A program made the position numbers and the translations under genes. A model generated the notes under the pieces. It was not told the origin of the DNA and made no database searches. It worked only from the letters and a program-made list of their open reading frames with translations. A stretch of DNA of 64,000 nt from Mobula hypostoma (Eukaryota), in the NCBI RefSeq assembly GCF_963921235.1, contig NC_086126.1:12400001-12464000 (forward strand), in the 5' to 3' direction. Positions 36,400 to 48,800 of this stretch are shown one piece after another (position 1 is the stretch's first letter; each line of letters opens with the position of its first letter).

Positions 36400-37100
36400 T
36401 ACGACTATCACCGATGCAACCAAACTTCCCCCACCCCGCCAGGCGCTCCCCCGAATCCCGCGACCCCGGGCGCTCCTTCGCGCTCCCTCCTCACCCACCT
36501 CCAATCCCGCCAAACGACTGCTTCTGGGTCACGATCGCCGGCCGTCCGCCGCTTTATAGTTCCCCAGTCCCCGCCTCCCTGTGCCTTCCAGTCGTTCCGG
36601 ACGGGGAAACTTCCAGCACCACCCCTCCCGACACACCTTCCTTTTCTTTTCCTCCATCCACTCCTCCTGCCCCGCTCCCTCTCTCACCCTTCCCGATAAT
36701 TACTCGGGTCTGAGGTAGAAAACCGCAGCCCCCTTCCCCTCTTCCCTGCCCCGAAAGGGTTTAGAAGTGGAGGCGGAGGTAGGTGGGAAGACGATTGAGG
36801 ACGGACCGGAAGCGCTGCTGAAGGAACATGGCGGAAGGGGGCAGGTGAGGGATGAGGCGGCAGCGAGGGGTTGGGGGTTTATTTCCCTTCGGCCCTCCGG
36901 GCCCCACAATCCCAGCCCGGCCTAATAGACGGGACCATCCTCGACCTCAGCTTCCCTCATCCACGGATCTCGGACCCTCTCGCTCTCGCCGGGTTCCTTC
37001 TCCACTTCCCACCCCCTCCCGTTCGCTCCCTGTCAAAGGGACTGTGCCGTCTCCCTGCGATCTCAGCCCTGCCGGCCGCCTTCACTCTGCTCCCTTCTCC
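36400..37100. promoter_or_regulatory. CpG-rich putative bidirectional BANF1/EIF1AD promoter with a non-coding EIF1AD exon 1 ending at 36844
   Basis: High CpG density; ETS motif CCGGAAG at 36806-36812; YY1-like AACATGGCGG at 36825-36834; CAG|gtgagg donor. The genes are also head-to-head in mammals. Confidence 0.7.
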
Positions 37101-37519
37101 GCCAACGCTCCTCATCCCCACCTGCAAATCCCTCCGAGCTTTTCCCACATCTTCCTCGCCCCATTAACCCTCCGTGCTGCTGAAGTCCCGGTCGCTTGTG
37201 CCTCCTTCTTTTCCCCGAATTGTTCCTGCTGTGCCGCGGGTGCAACTCGTGAATTCCCTCCCCAAACTTGTATCATCCAGAGAGATCCAGCGTCGAAGCA
37301 GGTTTCTCGGTTCGCCGAGCCTGTGCTGACCGTCAGCCATCTGTTTACACTAAACCTGCATTTAGCCAGAGGGCGGTGAATCCGTGCGATTCATTCGCTT
37401 TGTGCCCTGTCATTTGACATGTCCAATGTGGTCTTTCCGTGACCATGAGTGTTCTTGGCAAATTTGTCTACAGAAATGGCTTGCCATAGCCTTCTGCTGG
37501 ACAGATGGGTGACCCCCAG

Positions 37520-38072
37520 CCATTGTCCGCAGTTTTGGTCCCCTAATCTGAGGAAAGACTTTCTAGCCATAGAGGGAGTACAAGGAAGGTTCACCAGATT
37601 GATTCCTCAGATGGCAGGACTTTCATATGATGAAAGACTGGATCAACTAGGCTTATACTCTCTGGAATTTAGAAGATTGAGGGGGGATCTTATTGAAACG
37701 TGTAAAATCCTAAAGGGATTGGACAGGGTAGATGCAGGAAGATTGTTCCCGATGTTGGGAAAGTCCAGAACGAGGGGTCACAGTTTAAGGATAAAAGAGA
37801 AGCCTTTTAGGACTGAGATGAAGAAAAACTTCTTCACACAGAGAGTGGTGAATCTGTGGAATTCTCTGCCACAGGAAACAGTTGAGGCCAGTTCACTGGC
37901 TATATTTAAGAGGGAGTTAGATATGGCCCTTGTGGCTAAAGGGATCAGGGGGTATGGAGAAAGGGCAGGTACAGGGTTCTGAGTTGGATGATCAGCCATG
38001 ATCATACTGAATGGCAGTTCAGGCTCGAAGGGCCGAATGGCCTACTCCTGCACCTATTTTCTATGTTTCTAT
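37520..38072 (+). mobile_element. CR1 3' fragment, same subfamily as 25956-30170
   Basis: ORF 37449-37982 is nearly identical to the C-terminus of ORF 26047-26646. Confidence 0.9.
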
Positions 38073-38524
38073 GTCAATACTCTTCAGAGATTGTCTGCCT
38101 GGCGTCAGTGGTTGCATAATCAGGACTTGCAGTCCATAATGGCTACTCATATGATCACTCACCACTTAATCCGGTGGTTTCATGTGCCCCTGATCTTGGG
38201 GGGGGAGGGGGTTGCTAAACAGGTGCTACACCTTGCCCAAGGGTGACCTGCAGTCTAGCAAAGGGAAGGAGTGCCTCACACCTCCTTTGGTGGGGCCACC
38301 CAAAAGAATCATTGGGTATATTTAAAGAAGAGATTGAAAGGTTCTCGATTGGTAAGTGTGTCAGAGGTTATGGGGAGAAGTGGATTGAGGGGGACAGTAT
38401 TTCAGCCATGACAGGATGGTGGAGCAGCTCTTAGGGTCTTAAGACTCATTTCAATCTCCCCACCTTCCCAAAATTACCCCCCCCCCCAAAAATTTGACCC
38501 CTCACCCACACAGTTAACCCACTG

Positions 38525-39083
38525 ACCTAGTCACAGTCATAGTCATACTTTATTAATCCCGGGGGAAATTGGTTTTCGTTACAGTTGCTCCATAAATAAT
38601 AACTAGTAATAGAACCATAAATAGTTAAATAGTAATATGTAAATTATGCCAGGAAATTATGAAATACGTCCAGAACCAGCCTATCGACTCAGGATGTCTG
38701 ACCCTCCAAGGGAGGAGTTGTAAGGTTTGATGGCCACAGGCAGGAATGACTCCCTATGATGCTCTGTGCTGCATCTCGGTGGAATGAGTCTCTGGCTGAA
38801 TGTACTCCTGTGCCCACCCAGTACATTATGTAGTGGATGGGAGACATTGTCCAAGATGGCATGCAACTTGGACAGCATCCTCTTTTCAGACACCACCGTC
38901 AGAGAGTCCAGTTCTATCCCCACAACATCACTGGCCTTACGAATGAGTTTGTTGATTCTGTTGGTGTCTGCTGCCCTCAGCCTGCTGCCCCAGCACACAA
39001 CAGCAAACATGATCGCACTGGCCACCACAGACTCGTAGAACATCCTCAGCATCGTCCGGCAGATGGGAAAGGACCTCAGCCTC
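38525..39083 (-). mobile_element. Rex1/Babar-like LINE 3' fragment
   Basis: FYESVVASAIMFAVVCWG...SFLPVAIK motif; AATAAA followed by an (ATGACT)n tail. Confidence 0.75.
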
Positions 39084-39830
39084 CTGACCTGCGTGTCTTT
39101 CAGACGCGGGACGTGTCTCCACAGTCAACAGGGGGAACACACAAACTCCACATAGGCAGCTCCTGAGATTGGACCCGGGTCTCTGGGCGCTGAGGGGGAG
39201 CGGGTCCAGTGGATGCCCCACTCCATCCTCCTCAGTCCCTCGAACGAGGAGGACGGAGGAAACAGCTGAACAGCACCCTCCCTGGGCATTGCCTGTCTTT
39301 GAGGCGCTTGGCTCTGAGTTCTGCTCCCTCCTCTAAAGTCCGGGCTCAAAACCGCGTTTTGAGAGGTATTGTTGGGACTGGCACAAGATACTCAACCAAG
39401 TCATTAGAAAGTCGTTGTTATTTATTTATTTGGAGATACAGTGCAGAACCGACCCTTGCATTCCAACGAGCCACACTGCCCAGCGACCCACCTACTCAGA
39501 GGACAATTTAAACCCTACGTCTTTGGAATGTGGGAAGAAACTGGATCACCCTCGGGACCCCCGTGCACCCGTAGGAAAGGCGTGCAGACTCCCAATAGAG
39601 GACGCCCCACAATTGAACTCTGAACCCTGAGCTCACCGCCACGCTACTCCCCAGTCATTCTCCCTGGCGCCTGCGTCTTTCCCTTCACGTGGGGCTAGGG
39701 GTTGAGACCACCCGAACGTGCGAGGCTGCTGGTCCCCGGGCCGGACCCGCCACCGCTCACTTTGCGCTGCCCCCCCCCCCCCAGCCACAGGTTCGTCCAC
39801 GCTCTGAGCTGAGCTCAGCCGGCGCCCGAG

Positions 39831-42800
39831 ATGTCGCAGGCCACCAAGAGGAAGCACGTGGTGAAGGAGGTGTTGGGCGATTACCCGCCCCCCTCGGAGA
39901 AGCAGCAGATCGTGCGGGTAAGAAGGCCAGATCTTGGCACAGCTGTTTATACACACACACACACACATATCCCTCAACACACATCATCAAAGTTGCTGGT
40001 GAACGCAGCAGGCCAGGCAGCATCTCTAGGAAGAGGTACAGTCGACGTTTCGGGCCAAGACCCTTCGTCAGGACTGACTGAAAGAAGACCCAGTAGGAGA
40101 TTTGAAAGTGGGAGGGGGAGGGGGAGACCCGAAATGATAGGAGAAGACAGGAGGGGGAGGGATGGAGCCAAGAGCTGGACAGGTGATTGGCAAAAGGGAT
40201 ATGAGAGAATCATGGGACAGGGGGCCCAGGGAGAAGGAAAAGGGGGAGGGGGGGAAAAACCCAGAGGATGGGCAAGGGGTATAGTCAGAGGGACAGAGGG
40301 AGAAAAAGGAGAGAGAGAAAGAATGTGTGTATATAAATAAATAATGGATGGGGTACAAGGGGGAGGTGGGGCATTAGTGGAAGTTAGAGAAGTCGATGTT
40401 CGTGCCATCAGTTTGGAGGCTACCCAGACGGAATATAAGGTGTTGTTCCTCCAACCTGAGTGTGGCTTCATCTTGACAGTAGAGGAGGCCGTGGATAGAC
40501 ATGTCAGAATGGGAATGGGATGTGGAATTAAAATGTGTGGCCACTGGGAGATCCTGCTTTCTCTGGCGGACAGAGCGTAAATGTTCAGCAAAGCAGTCTC
40601 CCAGTCTGCGTCGGGTCTCAGCCAATATATAGAAGGCCACATCAGGAGCACCGGACGCAGTATATCACCCCAGCCGACTCACAGGTGAAGTGATGCCTCA
40701 CCTGGAAGGACTGTTTCGGGCCCTGAATGGTGGTAAGGGAGGAAGTGTAAGGGCATGTGTAGCACTTGTTGCGCTTACACGGATAAGTGCCAGGAGGGAG
40801 ATCAGTGGGGAGGGATGGGGGGGACGAATGGACAAGGGAGTTGTGTAGGGAGCGATCCCTGCGGAATGCAGAGAGAGGGGGGGAGGGAAAGATGTGCTTA
40901 GTGGTGGGATCCCGTTGGAGGTGGCGGAAGTTACGGAGAATAATATGTTGGACCCGGAGGCTGTTGGGGTGGTAGGTGAGGACCAGGGGAACCCTATTCC
41001 TAGTGTGGGGTGACGGAAGGATGGAGTGAGAGCAGATGTGCTGGTGGGGTGGTAGGTGAGGACCAGGGGATCGTGCGTCTGCTAGCAGTTTGCACCTTCT
41101 CCCCGTGACCACCTTTCCAGTTTCCTCCTGCATACCAACAACGTGCGAGGTGTGTGGACTAAGTCCCCTCCCCAGCGTGTGAGTGAGGGGGTGGAACCCC
41201 GGGGGGGAGTCGAGGTGCAGGAGGGGAGAATGGAATGGGATTTGTGTAAATGGGTCATCACGGATTCAGTGGACCAAATGGCCTGTTTCCTTCTATATGA
41301 CTGCCGATTTTGGGAGTATTTAACAGTCAGCCCCACAACCCGAATGGAGATTTCTCGCTCTCTGGGATATTAGTTAAACAGGCGGGCTTGTCCAGTTGCC
41401 GTGGTTGCTATTGCAAACCATTCAGCGGATTAGGTGAATCACGTTGCCTTTAATTTATCACACGTACGTCAAAGCAGACAGTGAATTGCGTCGTCTTGCA
41501 TCAAATCGAATCAGCGAGGATTCTGCCGGGCGTAGCGTTGCCCACGACTCACCACCCCTGACCCGGACGCCTTTGGAGTGTGTGTGTCTGTGTGTCTGTC
41601 TTTAATTTCCCCGAAGGTGTCTGTCGGTGTGCATGAGCCCTGTCCCTTCCCAAGCCGGGCAGAGGCTTGTCGCTCTCGGCCGTGACCGAGGCCGGATTAA
41701 CGCTGAGTCCTGTCCTGTCTCCTCTCCTTCCAGGTGGTGGGAACGCCGGGGAACAACCTGCACGAGGTGGAGACGGCACGGGGAGAGCGCTTCCTCGCCA
41801 GCATGCCCACCAAGTTCCGCAAGAACATCTGGATCAAGCGAGGTGAGGGAAGGGCAGTTCCCCTGCTGTATGTACTGTGTCCTCCTTGCTCGTTAGGCAG
41901 GAGATGTCCCAGGCAGGAATACCAGGGCTGGCTTGAGGGTTTTGGAAGGATTGGATTGATAGGGATGTGGAGAGAGGGAAATAATTCAGCGACTTCACTC
42001 TGTGTCTGACCCCGGGAGTGTGTGATAGGACGGTGTGGAGGGAGCTTCACTCTGTGTCTGACCCCAGGAGTGTGTGATGGGACGGTGTGGAGGGAGCTTC
42101 ACTCTGTGTCTGACCCCGGTAGTGTGTGATAGGACGGTGTAGAGGGAGCTTCACTCTGTGTCTGACCCCAGGAGTGTGTGATGGGACGGTGTGGAGGGAG
42201 CTTCACGCTGTGTCTGACCCGGGAATGTGTGATGGGACGGTGTGGACGGAGCTTCACTCTGCGTCTGACCCCGGGAGTGTGTGATGGGACGGTGTGGAGG
42301 GAGCTTCACTCTGTGTCTGACCCCGGGAGTGTGTGATGGGACGGTGTGGAGGGAGCTTCACTCTGTGTCTGACCCCGGGAGCGTATTGATGGACTGTGCG
42401 CGGAGCTTCACTCTGTGTCTGACCCCGGGAGCGTGTGATGGGACGGTGCGAGGGAGCTTCACTCTGTGTCTGACCCCGGGAGCGTGTGATGGGACGGTGT
42501 GGAGGGAGCTTCACTCTGTGTCTGACCCCGGGAGCGTGTGATGGGACGGTGTGGAGGGAGCTTCACTCTGTGTCTGACCCCGGGAGCGTGTGATGGGACG
42601 GTGTAGAGGGAGCTTCACTCTGTGTCTGACCCCAGGAGTGTGTGATGGGACGGTGTGGAGGGAGCTTCACGCTGTGTCTGACCCGGAAATGTGTGATGGG
42701 ACGGTGTGGAGGGAGCTTCACTCTGTGTCTGACCCCAGGAGTGTGTGATGGGACGGTGTGGAGGGAGCTTCACGCTGTGTCTGACCCCGAGAGTGTGCGA

Positions 42801-45800
42801 TGGGACGGTGTGGAGGGAGCTTCACTCTGTGTCTGACCCCGGGAGCGTGTGATGGGACGGTGTGGAGGGAGCTTCACGCTGTGTCTGACCCCGGGAGTGT
42901 GTGATGGGACAGTGTAGATGGAAATTCACTCCCACACAGCTCTTAAATGTCCCTGAAGTATCCGCCTCTGCCACCCACTCCTAGCAACGTGTTTCACGTA
43001 CATAACACTCTGTGTAGAAAGCTCTGACATTCCCTCTATACTTCCCTCCAAAGTGATGCTGCCTCTTATTAGCCAGTGCCACCCCGAGGAAAAAATCTCT
43101 GGCTGTTCACTCTTCATCTTCTCCAGATGCCTCCCATCCTCCAAAAACTCCAAAGAGAGAAGCGCTAGCTTGTTCGACCTCTCCTCATAAAACATTCCTC
43201 TCTAATGTAGCCTGGTAAATCTCCTCTGCACCCTCTCTGAAGTTTCCACATCCTTCTTGTAACGAGGCGACCAGAACTGAACCCAATACAGTCGGCCCTC
43301 TGTATCCACAGAGGATTGGTTCCGGGACCCCCGCAGATACCAAGATTCGCGGATGCTCAAATCCCTTATATAAAAGCCTAAGAGAGCTCGCAAGGGTGTT
43401 ACGCTTAGAGTAAAACTGGACGTAATTAAGCGTTTCGATCGTGGTGAACGAAATAAAGGCGTTGTGCGTCCGTTGAATTTGCCTCCCTCCACCATTCATA
43501 CTATTTACACGCAGAGAGAAAGAATCTTGAAAGCTGCCGATGTTACTATTGGTTCTGCTTGTAAATATCGTTCCTGCTTTTACTATATGTTAATGTTATT
43601 TTAGGTTTTTTTTTATTTGGTCGGTTATTTTTGGGTTCGGCTGACCAAAGGTTTCATAGGAACGCTCTACTTTCTGATAGCGGGGGATACTTGTAGAGTA
43701 TTTTCGATCTGTGGAAACAGAGGACCGACTGTACTCTCAGTGTGGTCGAGCCAGGGATTTATAGAGCTGCAACATTACCTTGAGGCTCTTCAACTCAATC
43801 CTCCGACTTATGAAGGCCAACACACCGTACGCCTTCTTAACCACCTCGTGTAGCAACTTTGAGGATGTGATCCCCAAGATTCCTGCACTCCGTTAAGAAT
43901 CTTCCATTCACCCTGTGCTCTGCCTTCCAGTTCGACCTTCCGGAGTGAATCGCTTCATATTTCCCCCTCACTAAACTCCATCTGCCACGTCTCGGCCCAG
44001 CTCTGCATCCTGTCAACGTCCCGTCGTAGCCGACAGTGCAGCGGGGTGTGCGTATCGAGGGGCCCACTGCCCCGTGAAGAGCGCTGGGCTGCTGAAACGG
44101 GGGAGTGAAGGGGCAAGGGTGGGGTCACGGGGAGATGGTGGGGTCACCGACCTGAATCAGCCCTCCCTCCACCCCCTGGAGGTACCGAAGTGACCCCTCT
44201 CCTCGGTGTGGGCTGTATGCCTCTTGTTTCTAACTCTGGGGTGGGAAAGAGCTCTCGTCGTAGTACCTGCCCCCTCGCTCTGCCAGGGGGTGCGGGCCGG
44301 CGTGTGCCTGGTGTCTGACTGCCTGCTTCGAACTCTCTGCTCAGGCGACTTCCTGATCGTCGACCCGATCGAGGAGGGGGAGAAGGTGAAGGCGGAGATC
44401 GCCTCCATCCTGTACAAGGAACACATCAAAGAGCTGCAGCAGCAAGGAGCCTGGTAGGAAGTTACCCGCCGCCCGGCGGAGGGTCAGGGTCGCTGCCGGG
44501 GCCACGCGGGGCGGGGTTCGGGGTTCAGGGCTCTCGTCCCCAAAGGCTGGGGATCACCAAGAATCGGGATTGTGCAGAGGGAGGGAGTCAGTGTTTGGGG
44601 GTCATGCCAAGGAGCCGGGGAGGGGGGGGGATTATGGGGTCCTTTAGCGTTCACAGAGTTGTTCGGGGGTCAGAGCTGGGTCCAGTGTGAGGAGATGGAG
44701 GATTGAGAGTTGTTACCTGATCAGGACTGTGGGACGTTGTTCAGAGGTGGGGGGTTGGACAGATGTTGCTACCGGGACAGTGGGAGGCAACAGTCGCCAG
44801 GATTCAGAAGCAGGTTTATTATGACTGACGTCTGCCGTGCGAGATGTTAAAACTTGCCCTATACAAGATCATAAGATACAGGAGCAGAATTAGGCCATTT
44901 GGCCTGTCGAGTCTGCTCTATCATTTCATCATGGCTGATCCGTTTTCCCTCTCAGCTCTAATCTCCTGCCTTCCCCCTGTATCCCTTCATGCCCTGACTA
45001 ATCAAGAATGACTTGGCCTCCACAGCCGTCTGTGGCTTCGAATTCACTCTCTGACTGAAGAAGTCCTCGTCATCTCCATCATAAAAAGACACCCCTGTAT
45101 TCTGAGGCCGTGTCCTCTGGCCCAGGCTCTGCCATCGTGGGAAACATCCTCTCCACATCCACTCTATTTGAGGCCTTTCACCATTCGATAGGTTTCAATG
45201 GGCTCACTGTTCAGTTTTTGAAATTCCAGAGCCGTCAATCGGATGAGGGGATATCTCACTGAAACCTGTCTGGTGTTGGAAGGCCTCATCAGAGTGGATT
45301 TCCTATGGTGGGGGCCCGGAGGGAGGGTGTCTAGAACCAGAGACTACAGGCTTAGAATAGAGATGAGGGATTTCTTCAGCCAGAGAGGGGTGAATCTGTG
45401 GAATTTGTTGCCATAGGCGGCTCTGGAGGCCAAGTCATTGGGTATATTTAAGGCAGAGGTTGATGGATTTGTGGTTAGTCAGGGCATGAAGGGATACGGG
45501 GGGAGGAGGCAGCAGATTGGGGGCTGAGAGGGAAAATAGATCAGTCATGTTGAAACCACGGAGCAGACTCAATGGGCCGAATGGCCTAACCCTGCTCCTG
45601 TATCTGAGGGTAATAGCCGCTCTCCTGCACATCGTGTGCTGAAGAAATACAATTAGCTACCTTGAATCAGGCAGTCTGCTGGATTCAGTGATGGGTCGGG
45701 TCCGACAGTCTGCACCATCCTCACCTCTGATCATTTCTCTCCACCTCCCCCCCTCCCCACCAAGGCCTGCCAGCTTCTCAGAACCAGCGAGCCACGAAAG

Positions 45801-48800
45801 GTGAGTGTCCCGCCTGCCTCGCTGACCGTCCAGCAGCAGGAGAAACTTTCTGGAAAGGGATAAACCAGCTCCCAGCAGTGGGCAGGGTGGTGACAGGAAC
45901 ATTTCCCCATCTCTTTGGGAGTGACTGTGCGTGTTATGTGTATAAGTAATATATATGTGTGTGTGTATGTGTATAAAAAAAATACACACACACACCCAAG
46001 CAACACACATAAAAGTTGCTGGTGAACGCAGCAGGCCAGGCAGCATCTCTAGGAAGACGTGCAGTCGACGTTTCAGGCCGAGAGCCTTCGTCAGGACTAA
46101 CTGAAAGAAGAGCTAGTAAGAGATTTGAAAGTGGGAGGGGGAGGGGGAGATGGGAAATGATAGGAGAAGACAGGAGGGGGAGGGATGCAGCCAAGAGCTG
46201 GACAGGTGATTGGCAAAGGGGATATGACAGGATCATGGGACAGGAGGTCCAGCAAGAAAGACAGGGCGGGGGGGGGACCCAGAGGATGGGCAAGGGGTAT
46301 AGTCAGAGGGACAGAGGGAGAAAAAGGAGAGAGAGAAAGAATGTGTGTGTATATAAATAGATAACGGATGGGGTACGAGGGGGAGGTGGGGCATTAGCGG
46401 AAGTAAGAGAAGTCGATATTCATGCCATCAGGTTGGAGGCTACCCAGACGGAATATAAGGTGTTGTTCTTCCAACCTGAGTGTGGCTTCATCTTTACAGT
46501 AGAGGAGGCCATGGACAGACATGTCAGAATGGGAATGGGATGTGGAATTAAAATGTGCAGCCACTGGGAGATCCTGCTTTCTCTGGCGGACAGAGCGTAC
46601 GTGTTCAGCAAAGCGGTCTCCCAGTCTGCGTCGGGTCTCACCAATGTATAAAAGGCCACATCGGGAGCACCAGACGCAGTATATCACCCCAGTCGACTCA
46701 CAGGTGAAGTGTTGCCTCACCTGGAAGGACTGTTTGGGGCCCTGAATGGTGGTAAGGGAGGAAGTGTAAGGGCATGTGTAGCACTTGTTCCGCTTACAAG
46801 GATAAGTGCCAGGAGGGAGATCAGTGGGGAGGGATGGGGGGGATGAATGGACAAGGGAGTTGCGGAAGGGAGCAATCCCTGTGGAATGCGGGGGGGGCCG
46901 GGAGGGAAAGCTGTGCTTAGTGGTGGGATCCCGTTGGAGGTGGGGGAAGTTACGGAGAATAATATGTTGGACCCAGAGGCTGGTGGGGTGGTAGGTGAGG
47001 ACCAGGGGAACCCTATTCCTAGTGGGGTGGCGGGAGGATGGAGTGACAGCAGATGTACGTGAAATGGGGGAGATGCGTTTAAGAGCAGAGTTGATAGTGG
47101 AGGAAGGGAAGCCCCTTTCTTTAAAAAAGGAAGACATCTCCCTCGTCCTAGAATGAAAAGCCTCATCCTGAGAGCAGATGCGGTGGAGACGGAGGAATTG
47201 CGAGAAGGGGATGGCGTTTTTGCAAGAGACAGGGTGAGAAGGGGAATAGTCCAGATAGCTGTGAGAGTCAGTAGGCTTATAGTAGACATCAGTGGATAAG
47301 CTGTCTCCAGAGACAGAGACAGAAAGATCTAGAAAGGGGAGGGAGGTGTCGGAAATGGACCAGGTAAACTTGAGGGCAGGGTGAAAGTTAGAGGCAAAGT
47401 TAATAAAGTCAACGAGCTCTGCATGCGTGCAGGAAGCAGCATCAATGCAGTCGTCGATGTAGCGAAGGAAAAGTGGGGGACAGATACCAGACACACATCG
47501 ATGACTGCATTGGCTGTTACACTTCCTCCCTCACCACCATTCAGGGCCCCAAACAGTCCTTCCAGGTGAGGCGACACTTCACCTGTGAGTCGGCTGGGGT
47601 GATATATTGCATCCGGTGCTCCCGATGTGGCCTTTTATATATTGGTGAGACCCTACGCAGACTGGGAGACCGCTTTGCTGAACATCTACGCTCTGTCCGC
47701 CAGGGAAAGCAGAATCTCCCAGTGGCCACACATTTTAATTCCACATCCCATTCCCATTCTGACATGTCTATCCAAGGCCTCCTCTACTGTAAAGATGAAA
47801 CCACACTCAGGTTGGAGGAACAACACCTTATATTCCATCTGGGTAGCCTCCAACCTGATGGCATGAACATCGACTTCTCTAACTTCCGCTAATGCCCACC
47901 TCCCCCTCGTACCCCATCTGTTACTTATTTTTATACACACATTCTTTCTCTCACTCTCCTTTTTCTCCGTTTGCCCCTCTGAATATACCCCTTGCCCATC
48001 CTCTGGGTTCCCCCCCACCCCCCCGGTCTTTCTTCCCGGACCTCCTGTCCCATGATCCTCTCGTATCCCCTTTGCCAATCAGCTGTCCAGCTCTTGGCTC
48101 CATCCCTCCCCCTCCTGTCTTCTCCTATCATTTTGGATCTCCCCCTCCAACTTTCAAATCCCTTACTCACTCTTCCTTCAGTTAGTCCTGACGAAGGGTC
48201 TCGGCCTGAAACGTCAACTGTACCTCTTCCAAGAGATGCTGCCTGGCCTGCTGCGTTCACCAGCAACTTTGATGTGTGTTGCTTGAATTTCCAGCATCTG
48301 CAGAATTCCTGTTGTTTGCGTTTTTTACACACACACCCATCTCTCCTTTTGTACTCCTCTCGCCTCTGGCAGAGAAGTTCCCTTATCCCCAGCCAGAGAC
48401 CTCTCACGCTTCCGAAAGATTGAATTATTTTTATTTATTGATTGATATACGGCACAGAATCGGCCCGCCGAGCTGTGCTGCCCAGAAACCCCCGATTTAA
48501 CCCTACTCACAGGATAATCTACAGTGACTGATTCACCTACTGACCAGTACGTCTTTGGACTGTGGGTGGAAACCGCGGGTTTTGGTCACAGGGACAGCGT
48601 ACAAACTCCCCATGGATCTCCCAGTGGCCGCCCATTTTAATTCCACTTCCCATTCCCATCGGTCCATCCATGGCCTCCTCTACTGTCGTGATGAGGCCAC
48701 ACTCAGGTTGGAGGAGCAACACCTTATATTCTGTTTGGATAGCCTCCAACCTGATGGCATGAACATTAAGTCTTTGAATTTCCGGTCATGTTCCCCCTTC

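Noticed and set aside
41993-42925. CRISPR-like array
   Set aside because: The 52-bp units are contiguous with no unique spacers, there are no cas genes, and the context is vertebrate.
46394-47494. Domesticated GIY-YIG/RT host gene
   Set aside because: It is truncated before the RT core, intronic and antisense, with several near-identical degraded copies in the window.
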